A stretch of 63,998 nt of DNA, filler included, from Thraustochytrium aureum (GCA_012862495.1; 6 parts of 3 records of this genome joined end to end with filler, not necessarily neighbours in it), one strand, 5' to 3'. Positions 12,028 through 25,064 are shown, numbered from the whole stretch's first letter. Notes: generated from the letters alone by a model not told the origin. Made by a program: numbers and translations.

Positions 12028-12790
12028 TTACTCGATAACCTTGGCAACTGTGCCGCGGCCAACGGTCCGGCCACCCTCGCGGATGGCAAAGCGCAGGCCC
12101 TCCGACATGGGGGTGGGCGAGTTGAGCTCGACGACAAAGCTCGAGTCATCTCCAGGCATGACCATCTCCACGCCTTCAGGGAGTGTGCAGCCACCGGTGA
12201 CATCAGCCGTGCGGAAGTAAAACTGCGGGCGGTAGTTGTTGAAGAAGGGAGTGTGGCGGCCACCCTCCTTCGTGGTCAGGATGTACACCTGGGCCTCAAA
12301 CTTTGAACGCTGCTTGACAGTGCCGGGGGCGGCAAGGACCTGGCCGCGGTGCACGTCCTCGCGGCGAATGCCGCGCAGAAGAGCGCCAATGTTGTCGCCA
12401 GCCTCGCCGCGGTTGAGCTGCTTCTTGAACATCTCCACACCAGTGCAAGTCGTGGAGTGCGTCTTGCCGTCGCCGATGACCTCGATCTCATCGCCGGTGT
12501 TGATGATGCCCTGCTCAACGCGACCAGTGGCGACAGTGCCTCGGCCCGGGATAGAGAAAACGTCCTCGATGGGCATGAGGAAGGGCTTGTCCAGGTCGCG
12601 CACCGGCTGAGGGATAAAGTCGTCGACGGCGTTCATGAGCGCGACAACGGCATCCTTGCCGATGGCATCGTCCGGCCTTCGACAGCGGCCAGGGCCGAGC
12701 CACGGATGGATGGGGGGTGTCGTCGCCAGGGAAGCCGTACTGGTCGAGCAGCTCGCGCACCTCCATCTCGACAATCTCAAGGAGCTCCTC
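12028..12790 (-). CDS. TUFM: Elongation factor Tu, mitochondrial (5' part in gap)
   Basis: [70 protein letters not shown]; indel(s) near 12700-12720. Confidence 0.95.
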
Positions 12791-13745
12791 NNNNNNNNNN
12801 NNNNNNNNNNNNNNNNNNNNNNNNNNNNNNNNNNNNNNNNNNNNNNNNNNNNNNNNNNNNNNNNNNNNNNNNNNNNNNNNNNNNNNNNNNNNNNNNNNNN
12901 NNNNNNNNNNNNNNNNNNNNNNNNNNNNNNNNNNNNNNNNNNNNNNNNNNNNNNNNNNNNNNNNNNNNNNNNNNNNNNNNNNNNNNNNNNNNNNNNNNNN
13001 NNNNNNNNNNNNNNNNNNNNNNNNNNNNNNNNNNNNNNNNNNNNNNNNNNNNNNNNNNNNNNNNNNNNNNNNNNNNNNNNNNNNNNNNNNNNNNNNNNNN
13101 NNNNNNNNNNNNNNNNNNNNNNNNNNNNNNNNNNNNNNNNNNNNNNNNNNNNNNNNNNNNNNNNNNNNNNNNNNNNNNNNNNNNNNNNNNNNNNNNNNNN
13201 NNNNNNNNNNNNNNNNNNNNNNNNNNNNNNNNNNNNNNNNNNNNNNNNNNNNNNNNNNNNNNNNNNNNNNNNNNNNNNNNNNNNNNNNNNNNNNNNNNNN
13301 NNNNNNNNNNNNNNNNNNNNNNNNNNNNNNNNNNNNNNNNNNNNNNNNNNNNNNNNNNNNNNNNNNNNNNNNNNNNNNNNNNNNNNNNNNNNNNNCACAA
13401 GTGGGGAAGCATTCGGTGGTTCGCTCGAGGGAACGGGAACGGGAGAAGGTTCCCGTCGTGGGAATGGTTCTCGCGAGGGAACGGAGCGAATGGCAGGGAA
13501 CGCAGCACGGCAGTTCAGAACAGATCAGAACAGATTCGCGAGAGGAGCAGAGCCCTATCAGGGACGCGCAGGAGGAGCTGGGCGCGCGAGGGAAGGAGGC
13601 GCTCGGGCGCGCGCCGCGTAGATTGCTGGAGAGCGCCAAACCGACGCGCTTCTTCCGCGGTGGTCGATTCCTGCGACGGGCTGGAACAGGGCTTTTGGTT
13701 GTGCTGCGCGGCGCTGGATCGAGAGCGGGCGGACGTGGGCTGGAG

Positions 13746-16661
13746 ATGGACGCGTCTGCCGGGCAGCGGCGACGCCGATGGTCCGCCACCGCTGCGGCTC
13801 TTGCCGCTATTGTGGTGACGGGCTTGATGGCAAGCGTGGCTGGCGTGGACAGGTCGAAGTTTAGAACCTGTGCCAAGACTGGGTTTTGTGCGAGAAACAG
13901 GGATGAAAGCAAAGGGGACGGTTTTGCTGTTCTGCAAGGGTCGGTGGCCGAGGTGGACGGCGTCGTTCGAGCGCAGATCGCGCAGGTCGGCGCCCCGGGA
14001 CCTCTTGAGCTCAGCTTGATGGCGTACCAGGATGGCGTGGTCCGCGTGCGCGTCGTGGAGCCCGAGCAGCACGGCGTCCCTCCGCGGTACGAGGCCCCGG
14101 ATATCTTGTTGGACAGCGCGACCTTGCAGGGCAAGCTCGCTCCTCTAAAGCTGGTCGACCAAAGCGCGGGCTCGTTCACCGTCCAAGCCGCCACGGGCGG
14201 CGCAGCGGCGCGCGTCACGATGCAGCCTTTCAGCGTGCAGGTCTTGGAGGCCAGCGGCAGCGGCAAGCCCATCGTGTCAATCAACAGCAAGCACAAGATG
14301 TTTTTGAGCAGCGCAAGAGCTCCTCCGAGGCCGCCCGCGCCGCGAGCGGCGGGACCAGCGGCGACGCCAATGGCGGAGAGGATGCTGGCCGCGTTGTCGT
14401 GGACTGGGGCGAGGATGGCAAGCCGATCTACGCGGACGGTGGCGACGACGACGACGATGCCGAAGCAGGCGGGGATGGCGCCGGAGCGCCGGAGGGCGAG
14501 GATGCCAGCGCTTCCAGCGCAGACGCCCCCGAATCGTTCGGCGGCCACACCGACAACAAGCCAAACGGCCCCACCGCAGTCGGCGTCGACGTGACTCTGC
14601 ACGGCGCGCGGCACGCATTTGGAATCCCCGAGCACGCCTCCTCGTTCTCGCTCAAGTCGACGCGGGGCGGCAGTAACGCGTACAGCGAGCCGTACCGGCT
14701 GTACAACCTGGACGTTTTCGAGTACGAGATCGATGAACCGATGGCTTTGTACGGGCACATCCCCGTCGTCGTCGCGCATAGCGCGGCCGCAGGGACAACG
14801 AGCGTGTTTTGGAACAACCCGTCCGAAACGTTCGTCGAAGTCGAGGACTCGCAGGGAGACGGCCCGGCCAAGGAGGTGCGGTGGATCAGCGAGAGCGGGG
14901 TGTTCGACTTGATGGTGATGGTCGGCCCCACGCCAGAGCGCGTCTTTGCCCAGTACGCTTCGGTCACTGGAACCACCCCGGTGCCGCCGATGTTTTCCCT
15001 GGGCTACCATCAGTGCCGGTGGAACTACCGGGACGAGAAAGACGTGCGCGAGGTGAACGCCCAATTCGAAGCCCACGACCTCCCTTACGATGTGCTGTGG
15101 CTTGACATTGAGCACACGGACGGGAAGCGGTACTTTACCTGGGACAAGGACAAGTTTCCGACCCCGGAGGCCATGCAGCGGGACATCGCTCACTTTGGGC
15201 GAAAGATGGTCACAATCGTCGACCCGCACATCAAGCGAGACACGAGCTACCCGGTGCACTCGGAGGCGACGGCCAAGGGGCTGTACATCAAGGACAAGGA
15301 CGGCACCTCGGACTTTAAGGGCTGGTGCTGGCCGGGCGACTCGTCGTACCTGGATTTTACGAGCGCCGTCGTGCGCAGCTGGTGGGCCGACCTGTTTGCT
15401 CTGGACAAGTACGTGGGGAGCACAGACATCTTGTTCACCTGGAACGACATGAACGAGCCCTCTGTGTTCAACGGGCCGGAGGTCTCGATGACCAAGGAGG
15501 CCATGTCCCTTGCCGGCGTCGAGCACCGCGAGTGGCACAACTTGACGGTTTCTACCAACACATGGCCACAGCAGACGGTCAGGTTCGGCGGTCTGGCGGG
15601 GTTGCGCGCCCCTTTGTGCTTTCGCGGTCGTCTTTGCGGGCTCGCAGCGCCACGGCGCGATCTGGACTGGCGACAACGCCGCCGAGTGGAGCCACTTGAA
15701 GATCGCGTCCGACATGCTGCTGAGCTTGAACGTGGCGGGTCTGCCGTTTGCCGGCGCCGACGTGGGCGGGTTTTTCAAAAACCCAGACGAGGAGCTCTTG
15801 CAGCGCTGGTACCAGGCCGGCGCATTCCAGCCGTTTTTCCGTGGGCACGCCCACATTGACACCAAGCGCCGCGAGCCGTGGCTCTTCGGCGAGGAGGTTC
15901 TTGCGCGAATCAGCAAGGCTGTGCGGGTCCGCTACTCGCTGCTCCCGTACTGGTACGCGGTGTTTCGCGAGCACGAGGTTTCCGGCATGCCCGTCATGCG
16001 GCCGCTCTGGACGCTCGCGCCCACGGACGAGGCCGCCTTTGGCCTGGGCGACCAGTGGCTCGTTGGCAGCGACCTCCTCGTCAAACCCGTCACTGACGCG
16101 GGGGCGACGGAAGTGGACGTCTACTTGCCCGCAGGCACCAGCTGGTACCAGTTTGAGGCCCCGCACAGCCTTTACCGCGGCGGCGCTTCTGTGCGCGAGG
16201 CAGCGCCGCTGGACAAGATTCCCGTTTTCCTCCGGGCTGGCTCCATCGTGCCCCTCAAGATGCGCTTGCGCCGGAGCACCGCTGCTATGCTGACGGACCC
16301 GTACACTCTCCTGGTCAGCCCCGACCCGGACAGCGGAACTGCGCGCGGGTCGATCTACCTCGACGACGAAGCCACGTTCTCGTACAGGAGCGGCTCCATG
16401 TGCGAGGTCAAGCTCGAGCTGGCCGACGGCGTCCTCCGGGCCGAGTCACAGTGCGGCGCCGGTCTCGAGAAGGCTGCTGAGCGCCTGCAAGTCGAGCGTA
16501 TCGTGATTTTGGGCCAGTCCGGCACGCTCTCCAAGGTCGTCTTGGAGACCCAGGGCGTCGAGCTGGCCTACACTTATGACGCTGGCTCGCGGCGCGTCGA
16601 GGTGCGCAAGCCGGCGCGATCTTTCATTTCGATTCCCTTTACGCTCAAATTGGAGCACTGA
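13746..16661 (+). CDS. GANAB: Glucosidase II alpha subunit (GH31), frameshifted in the assembly
   Basis: Signal peptide plus VDRSKFRTCAKTGFCARNR, EPYRLYNLDVFEY, LGYHQCRWNY, WLDIEH, catalytic WNDMNEPSVF, AIWTGDN, GADVGGF, FFRGHAH. Frame changes at ~14303, ~15544 and ~15632. Confidence 0.95.
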
Positions 16662-16793
16662 CGGAGGGCGGGCCTCGACCCTTTGATCCTCCGCCCGTCG
16701 TCTTGCAGGTAGGCCGATGTTTTGTTTGGCCAGCCAAAATAATAAATGCAGATTCCATTATCGTGGCCCCGTCCGGCCCGCACAACTCGAAAC

Positions 16794-16942
16794 GAGGCGC
16801 CCCAAAGCTCTGCACTCTAGAGAGCTCTAATTAGAAGAGAGGTACTCTACGTATCGCTCAGGGCAGGTACGTTGCGGCCGAGGGCAAATCGAAGCGAGGC
16901 GCCCCAAAGCTCTGAATCTCTAGGTCTGTATCGCTCAGGGCA
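16794..16942. repeat. Imperfect direct duplication in convergent intergenic region
   Basis: CGAGGCGCCCCAAAGCTCTG at ~16794 and ~16895; GTATCGCTCAGGGCA at ~16851 and ~16928. Confidence 0.7.
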
Positions 16943-16975
16943 AGTCACAGTCATCATCGTGGCGAATCGCCTGCG

Positions 16976-17844
16976 CTACGGGCTCGACGACAGCTTTTCT
17001 GTAACAAGCGCGCCAAGTTTGGGCATGTCATCCAAGCCGCGCAAAATCGTGAAAGGCTGCAGCACGCCTCGCTCGCGATAAAAATCCACCAGGGGCAGCG
17101 TCTGCGCCTCGTACACGGTGAGGCGCTCTCGAATCACGTCCTCCTTGTCGTCGGCACGGACCGCCAGCGGGGCGCCGCACTCGCAGCGCGAGCCGTCTCC
17201 GTGGCTTGGCATAAGGGCGGGCATCTCCACGCCTTCTTCCTCGTTGCGAACGTCTGCGACGTTGAACGACTTGCCGCACCCAGGCGCCTTGCAGACGCGG
17301 CGCCCTAGCATCTTTGCGACCAGATACTCGTCGCGGCGGAGCGACAGCTGGAGAACCAGGGAAACCTGGCGGCCGAGGTCGGTTTCGAAGGCCTGCGCCT
17401 GGGGCACGGTTCGCGGAAACCCGTCCTAAGGCGCCGAGGTTGCGCGGCGAAGGGAGGGCCCATCAGTTTTTACGGTCGGCAGGTGAGAATCACAGACAAA
17501 CGGCGACTTACGAGAATGTACCCCCCGCCCGTGTCGGGCTCCTCGAGGCGCCGGGCCACCATCCGCAGCACGACCTCGTCCGGGACGAGCTGGCCAGCCT
17601 CAAAGTACTTTTGCAGTTCCCCGGACCCGTCGCCCCGCACCAAGTCGCCCATCGTAATCAAGGGCACCATGAGCGACTTCGCCAGCAGCTTGCCATACGT
17701 GCCTTTGCCGACCCCTGGTGGCCCAAGAAGCAGCAGCACGGGGGCCCGGCGGCGCAGGGCCGTGGCAAGCCCTCGCGCGCCGCACCCCCTCCCGGCGAGC
17801 ACCCGGAGTGGCGCGCCGGCGGCGACCCTTCGCGCGAGCGCCAT
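16976..17844 (-). CDS. ADK: Adenylate kinase, probably mitochondrial; intron 17426-17511
   Basis: P-loop GPPGVGKGT, GDLVR, GQLVPDEVV, GYIL/DGFPRT across a GTAAGT..TAG intron, LID region GRRVC..C...RADD, ERLTVY. Confidence 0.92.
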
Positions 17845-18983
17845 GCAGCCACACCAGCAGCAAGCACCTTGCTTCGTCAAACCGCGAGTGCACTTGCGCG
17901 TCGGGGACGACCGCTTCGAGCCCAGGCCGCCCGCGTCTCAAGAAACAATAGAATAGAGTATCGGAGTGAGCAACGCAGAGCGCTCGCTCAACGCTGCACG
18001 CCTCGACCGACGACCGGTGTCCATCGTCGCGTCAACGTCGCAGCAATCGCATCACCGCGGAGCGAATCGATTGAAATCTCGATCGACGGATTGGCGATCG
18101 GGCGATTGGTGGTGCCACTTGAATTGCGAGTCACTCGAATCATTCCACGGTGTACAAGCGAATAACAAAGGAGCGGGCGACAAACTTGCGCTCCCACACT
18201 CCACAGTGACGGATTCCGCCCATTCTCCTCTCGCACAAAACCCGAAATAAGTTGTTCCGAGAGGCGCCGTCCTCCGGCCTGGCATGCTGCGGGGAAGCTG
18301 CCGAATCAATACTCGACGATCTCACAGAGGGGGAAACCGACTCTTGAGAACACTGTGGAAGGGGCGGTATTTATCCTCGGAGGCGCCCTCTATGGGCCGC
18401 CGGTCGTAATTACACCGTGTGGAAGCTGCGTTTCCCCCCCAGAAAACGTTTCGAGTGGAGAGAGGGAAACTCGGCTACGGGTANNNNNNNNNNNNNNNNN
18501 NNNNNNNNNNNNNNNNNNNNNNNNNNNNNNNNNNNNNNNNNNNNNNNNNNNNNNNNNNNNNNNNNNNNNNNNNNNNNNNNNNNNNNNNNNNNNNNNNNNN
18601 NNNNNNNNNNNNNNNNNNNNNNNNNNNNNNNNNNNNNNNNNNNNNNNNNNNNNNNNNNNNNNNNNNNNNNNNNNNNNNNNNNNNNNNNNNNNNNNNNNNN
18701 NNNNNNNNNNNNNNNNNNNNNNNNNNNNNNNNNNNNNNNNNNNNNNNNNNNNNNNNNNNNNNNNNNNNNNNNNNNNNNNNNNNNNNNNNNNNNNNNNNNN
18801 NNNNNNNNNNNNNNNNNNNNNNNNNNNNNNNNNNNNNNNNNNNNNNNNNNNNNNNNNNNNNNNNNNNNNNNNNNNNNNNNNNNNNNNNNNNNNNNNNNNN
18901 NNNNNNNNNNNNNNNNNNNNNNNNNNNNNNNNNNNNNNNNNNNNNNNNNNNNNNNNNNNNNNNNNNNNNNNNNNNNNNNNNNC

Positions 18984-19815
18984 GTCGGAGCCGTACATTT
19001 CGTACGAGACGAGCCCCGCAGAGTGGCTCTTGGAGGACGGGTCGCGCTTGCCAGCGCGCAAGCCGTTTTCGAACTGGAGTTTCGACCTCGCGTCGCGCAC
19101 ATTCACGGGCACCGTGAGCTGGGAACCTACGCGGTTTAGCTGCGACTCGCGTTGGGAGTACTGCATGGTTTTTGACGAGGGTTTTGATTTTGTCAAGAGT
19201 GGCACCGTCACCGGGTACGGCGGCGCGACGGTCAACCAGACGCACAAGTTTGGCGAGCAGCTCTTGTACCGCCGCATTCGAAACAGCATCTACGGGAGTA
19301 TTTTTGTGCAGGCGTCGCCTGTCTTGGTGGTTGAGCGCCCAGCAGGGATGGTCGGCGTGGCTTCCTACCAGTACGTTTTTGCAGTTCGCAGTTTGCTCTC
19401 GGCGCTGCCGAGTGTTGCTCTTGTTCAGGCGTTGCTGTGCGCATGCACCTTGCTGACGTCGGCGCGCAACGCACCTCGCTTGCGCAGCTTCATCACACCG
19501 GATCGGTCGTTCATCTCGTACGCCAACGCGCCGCCGCACTGGGTCCTGGACGACGGGCGTCGGTTCCCCTCCAAAAAGCCCTTCCTCAACGCCTCGTACG
19601 ACACGGAGAGCAGGACGTTCAAGGGCCAGACGGACTGGACCGGGTCGACGCTCAACAATGCGACGCGTTGCGAGTTTGAACTCGTTTTTGACTTTGAGTT
19701 GGAGACCATCGAAGCCGGACATGTGCGGACCTTTGACGCCGCTGGCTGTCTTGAGACCAAGCGGTTCGGTCGGAGTAACGCCTTGACGTACCGCCTTCTG
19801 AATCCGGCGCGCTGA
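18984..19815 (+). CDS. Uncharacterised protein with at least two copies of a ~120 aa domain; 5' partial; intron 19371-19487
   Basis: Repeat 1 YISY.TSPAEWLLEDGSRLPARKPF....D...RTFTG.V.W...RWEY.MVFD..F; repeat 2 FISYANAPPHWVLDDGRRFPSKKPF...YD...RTFKG..DW...RCEFELVFD. Splicing restores GVASYHF. Confidence 0.7.
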
Positions 19816-20512
19816 GGTCCAGTTTGGCCGTCCTGACCGGCGATCAAGTCTGCGCGCCTCCTCCTGGGTTTTTTCCGTGTGGTCCGATTGAAACATACAT
19901 ACGAGTACTCGAGTACATACATGCACACCACATATATCCACGGTGCACCGCCTTGGCTCGCCTCGGCAGACTGTGGCCCCGTGCGCCGGACCTTGCGACA
20001 GCATCGAGCGCGGCATTGGCCCATCCCAGTCCCATGTTCGTTGTAGACTGATTACATTTCTCGACTGCTTCTTGTTCTTGTTTGCCACTTGTTCTTGATC
20101 TTGGAGTGAAAGTCAACAAAGCAGCTCTCTTTCGTCTCGTGTCGAATTGGCGTCGAAGCATCTATCTTGCTTTCTTGCCAGCGGCGCAGATCACGATGTT
20201 CCCGCACTCCGGCTGTTCCGCCCGCGGTCATCGCGGCCCGTCACAATACCCTCAACAATGACGTACAAGCCATCCACCTCTCGTAACGAGCGCTCCCCAA
20301 TGACGCGCGCCCATCCGGGCACTCCCGCCCACGTCACCACGGTACCCTAGCTGTCGCAGCCGCCGCGCAGGTCCAAGTGACAACTGGGTACCCAGGTGAC
20401 TGGGAGGTCGCGCGAGCCTTCCAGAAAAGTGGAGGCAGCGCTGGTGGAGCCGCGGCGCAGCAGACCCGCAACGAAGCGAAGCAGAAGACGGAGGAGGAGC
20501 AGGCGAGGAAGG

Positions 20513-20553
<41 letters not shown>

Positions 20554-20561
20554 GCAAGCAG
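20513..20561 (+). repeat. (AGCA)n microsatellite just upstream of FES1/HSPBP1 start
   Basis: AGCAAGCAAGCA... tract. Confidence 0.9.
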
Positions 20562-20583
20562 GCACAGGTACAGGCGCAGCACG

Positions 20584-21656
20584 ATGGACATGAGCAAGTA
20601 CCTCGGTATCCTGCGATGGTCGCTGAATTACTCGGACGGAACTCGCGACACGGACCTGAAAGAGATGGACCCCGAGACGCGCAAGTGGCTGCGCGAGGCC
20701 ATGGAGTCGCAGGTTGTCGACCCCGTGGACCAGATGAAGGCGCTCGTCAAGGTGCTGCAAATTCCGCGGTGCAGCGAGAGGAGGCGAGCGAGGCTGGCGA
20801 GTCCAACAAAGCGGCCGCTGACCTGTCGGCCGAGGGCGGCGAGTCCGCCGCCGCGCCTGCAGGTCCTGAAGAAGGCGATTACGTGCAGAACAAGGTGGAC
20901 GCGTTGATCGCCTTGCAGGACTGGGTTGAGCAGATCGACTGGGCCGCCGATTTGCACAAGATCGGCGGCTTCACGACAGTCATTCAGCTGATGGACGCCC
21001 CCGAGGACGAGATCCGCGTTCACGCTCTCGAGGTATTCGGCACCACGGTCCAGAACAACCCCAAGCCGCAAGAGTGGGCGCTCGAGCTCGGCGCGCTGCC
21101 GATCCTTGTCAAGCGGCTGGAAGCGGGGGCCGGCTTGTCGGAGGACGAGCAGGCCAAGACGCTGCTGGCGCTCAGCTCGCTGATCCGCGAGAGCACGCCG
21201 GCAACGGTTTCGTTCATAAAGGAGCACAAGGGAGTTGCGCTGCTCCTCAAAGTGATCAGCGGCGCCGAAGGGGCTGAGTTCGGCATCAAGGCTCAGCGAA
21301 AAGCGCTGTTCCTCATGCGTTACGTCCTCGAGACTGTCCCTGCCGTCAAGATTGTGCTCGCCGAGATGCTCGCGCAGACGCTCAACGTCGGCGCTCTTTC
21401 GCAGGACATCGACGTGCGCGAAAACAGCCTCCACTTGCTCGTGTCCGTGTACAAGGACCCGAACTCGCGCAGCAGGGTCGAGGACGCCACCTTGGAGAGA
21501 ACGCGCGCCGCGCTCGCTCAGTACGAACCCGGAGCGAGCCACTTTGCCGACTTGGACGAGGTCAGCCAGGACGTGGCCAAGAGTTTGCTGGCCACGCTGA
21601 ACGCCCCGCCGGACCTGACCGCGGACGCCGAGGCACCGATGATGCTCGGCATGTGA
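20584..21656 (+). CDS. HSPBP1: Hsp70 nucleotide exchange factor Fes1/HspBP1 (armadillo), frameshift near 20765-20800
   Basis: LGILRWSL..SDGT...MDPETRKWLREAM, then LQDWVEQIDWAADLHKIGG, GTTVQNNPKPQ, KTLLALSSLIR, RKALFL. Confidence 0.88.
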
Positions 21657-22205
21657 GCGCCCTTGAGCGCCCCTCGCGGCGGCCGTGTTGGCGGTCGCCC
21701 AAGGGGTTCCACAAGCGTAGGTGTTGTTAGGCGCTCGCGTCTCTGTTATTGAATGGCGGCGGAGGGCGGTGGGCGGCTGCCCAGGTAGCGCGCCCTTGTG
21801 TTCAGTTCTTTTCCTCGCGCATGTACAGGGGCTTTGGAAGGGTCCGGCGCAATTGGCCGCGCGCGCGCGGCGAAGCGATANNNNNNNNNNNNNNNNNNNN
21901 NNNNNNNNNNNNNNNNNNNNNNNNNNNNNNNNNNNNNNNNNNNNNNNNNNNNNNNNNNNNNNNNNNNNNNNNNNNNNNNNNNNNNNNNNNNNNNNNNNNN
22001 NNNNNNNNNNNNNNNNNNNNNNNNNNNNNNNNNNGGCCGCGCGCGCGCGGCGAAGCGATAGATGACTTTGCCCCCAACGGGCTCGCAGGACGGTCGTACT
22101 CGATTTTTCCTTTTTTTTTCCTATCCTTGGCAGGACTGGCCAGAACTTGTTTTTTAAAACGTCATTTTCATTGCGGGCGTCTGGCTGGAGCGAGCGCAAG
22201 CGCGA

Positions 22206-23664
22206 CTAGCGCGCGCTCGCTGCGGCCAGCGCCAGCACTTCCCGGATGCGCGCAACCATCGGCTTTGCGTCTTCCATTCGCGTCCGCCCCTCACTCCAAG
22301 CGGCAACTGCCTCCGCGAGTGTTGCGTCTGCGGCGACGCCCTCTTGGGCGGCGCGGACCAAATGCAGCGCCTGGCTCGGTGTCAAGTCCCCTTGGAGCCA
22401 TCCATCGGCCGCCGCGTAGAGGGCAACGAGATGATCCGCAGGCGACCCGCGCGAGCGCGGGTCGCTTGCGTCGGCCTCAAAGACGGCTCTCAAGTTGGCC
22501 GCGAGCTCGAGCTGTTGACCGAGCTCGAACTCGTCGTATGGGTTGAGACCCAACTTTCGAGCTACGGCTGCGCTGTCCTCGGCTTGGGCAGCTGCGAAAG
22601 CGAGCATCTTCACTCGGGCTGAGAGCCGCGCGATGTCGCCCGGCTGCTGCACCCCGACACCGAATGCGACGCCAGCCCCGACGCATTTAACCGCCAAATT
22701 CTGGCGCGATTCAGATGTGAACAGGACGTTGTCGACCTGGCTCGCCACTGCGTCGCGCACTTGGTCGCTCTGCGCGGTGCTGTCCGTCGGAAGGAGGGCG
22801 AGCACAGACAGAGAACCGCCGCCAAAGGCGCGGCTTCGCCGGCCCGCGCGCTCGAGCCACTTGTGGCGCTGCACCCACGCACTCTGTGAAGCAGGCTTCG
22901 AGAGAGTCGCTGCAGCGTCGGCTTGGACAAGAGCGGCGCCCGCGGAGCCCAGGTCATCGACAATCATGAGGACGTGTTTGGCCTTCCCGTCCTTGGCGCT
23001 CGCGCCGAGTAGGGCCTCGGCCATCGAGCAAGCCACTTCAGGGGCCGCTGCGCGCAATGCCCACGCCTGCGACGCTGGCGCCGCGAGGACGGAGACTTTG
23101 TGCGTCGAGCCAGAGCTCTCCTTGTCCAGGTTGAGGCGTGTGGCGATTCGGTGCACGGTCCTCTCGTCCGGCCCGAGCGAAACCCAAAGTACGTGCTCCA
23201 CGCTGGCGCCGCCTTGAGCAGAGCTCACAGGCGCCAGGGACGCGATGCGGAGCGCTAATTCTCTCAGCTGCACGTGGCTTGGGCCGGCAAGCGCGACGCG
23301 CTGGCCCAGCCAAAGGGGGGAAAGCGTGTCGAGCCCGGTCAGGGAAGTTCGGAGCTGGGCGCGCTCTGTCGACCGCTCGAGGGTCGCATTTACGTGGACT
23401 TGGCCGGAGAGGCGGACGAGCCCTTGACGCGCCGCGCTGGGTTGTCGCTCTTGGCCCGGGTCGACGAAGGGCCCAAAACCACCGCCGACGGACGGATCGG
23501 CGGGCTCTAGCAACGGGCGACCGAGCACGTCAACCACCTGGCCGTCCTCTGGCATCTGTGCCACCAAGCGAGCGCCGCTGAGAAGCCTGGCCGTGCTCTC
23601 GCCGGCGCGCACTTCGCTCGCGCGCTCGAACAGGGCCACGTGCGTGGCGTTCAGCTCCATGGCC
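22206..23664 (-). CDS. Highly divergent F1-ATPase alpha-subunit-like protein lacking Walker A; 5' part in gap (may start near 24452)
   Basis: GQVVDVLGRPL, LRTSLTGLDTLSPLWLGQRVALAG, HVLMIVDDL, LERAGRRSRAFGGGSLSVLALL and SQVDNVLF parallel F1-alpha motifs in order. Confidence 0.7.
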
Positions 23665-24863
23665 NNNNNNNNNNNNNNNNNNNNNNNNNNNNNNNNNNNN
23701 NNNNNNNNNNNNNNNNNNNNNNNNNNNNNNNNNNNNNNNNNNNNNNNNNNNNNNNNNNNNNNNNNNNNNNNNNNNNNNNNNNNNNNNNNNNNNNNNNNNN
23801 NNNNNNNNNNNNNNNNNNNNNNNNNNNNNNNNNNNNNNNNNNNNNNNNNNNNNNNNNNNNNNNNNNNNNNNNNNNNNNNNNNNNNNNNNNNNNNNNNNNN
23901 NNNNNNNNNNNNNNNNNNNNNNNNNNNNNNNNNNNNNNNNNNNNNNNNNNNNNNNNNNNNNNNNNNNNNNNNNNNNNNNNNNNNNNNNNNNNNNNNNNNN
24001 NNNNNNNNNNNNNNNNNNNNNNNNNNNNNNNNNNNNNNNNNNNNNNNNNNNNNNNNNNNNNNNNNNNNNNNNNNNNNNNNNNNNNNNNNNNNNNNNNNNN
24101 NNNNNNNNNNNNNNNNNNNNNNNNNNNNNNNNNNNNNNNNNNNNNNNNNNNNNNNNNNNNNNNNNNNNNNNNNNNNNNNNNNNNNNNNNNNNNNNNNNNN
24201 NNNNNNNNNNNNNNNNNNNNNNNNNNNNNNNNNNNNNNNNNNNNNNNNNNNNNNNNNNNNNNNNNNNNNNNNNNNNNNNNNNNNNNNNNNNNNNNNNNNN
24301 NNNNNNNNNNNNNNNNNNNNNNNNNNNNNNNNNNNNNNNNNNNNNNNNNNNNNNNNNNNNNNNNNNNNNNNNNNNNNNNNNNNNNNNNNNNNNNNNNNNN
24401 NNNNNNNNNNCCTGGCGGCCAAGTCAATCGCCGTGTCCTCCTCGGCACCCATGGGCACGCCATGGGCACGACCTGCCTCGCCGCCGATGGCGAGTTGCGA
24501 GCGGTCGAGTTGCGTGGCCCGAGCCGGCCACGGAGACCGACACGAGGACGCACTGGCAGAGTCGAGTACTTCCCTGCCTGCCCGCCCGCCTGCCCGCCCG
24601 CCCACCGCCCAGCATGAGCTTGCTCCCAAGCCCCCGGCCTGCTGTGCGTGGCTCGGCTGGGCGAGGAAGGAAGTACGACGCAGGTAAGAGAGAGTACCTC
24701 CTGGAGTGAGTGAGTACTCAGCCCGGTGTGCTCCGTGAGGCAGAGCGAGCGCGCTCGCGAGCGCGCTCTCGAGCGTGCTCTCGTGCAGCGTGAGAGGCGG
24801 GCCTCTGTCCTTTCCTTCCTCGCAGGCCGCCGCCGCCTCCGAGTCAATGTCGCTGATGTTGCG

Positions 24864-24890
24864 TTGTTGTTGTTGTTGTCGTTGTTGTTG
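24864..24890. repeat. (TTG)n microsatellite
   Basis: TTGTTGTTGTTGTTGTCGTTGTTGTTG. Confidence 0.8.
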
Positions 24891-25062
24891 CGGATTTGAT
24901 TGATTTGGGTTGATTTCTTGAGGTCAAAAGTGAGTCGCTTTCATTCTGTTTTCATTCTGTCGTGTGGCGCCAATCCATCCTTCGAAAAAGGTCGCGCCAA
25001 GCCCCGATTGTGCATCTGCGCGCCGGGCAGCATCAACAGTCCCGAGCACGGCGCGCGCGTGG

Positions 25063-25064
<2 letters not shown>

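Noticed and set aside
12028..12790. EF-Tu as bacterial contamination
   Set aside because: Contiguous with an intron-containing gene and sharing its codon bias; consistent with nuclear-encoded mitochondrial EF-Tu.
21855..22060. Identical 26-mer GGCCGCGCGCGCGCGGCGAAGCGATA on both sides of a gap (possible TSD/repeat array)
   Set aside because: Most likely an unmerged contig overlap; the gap contents are unknown.
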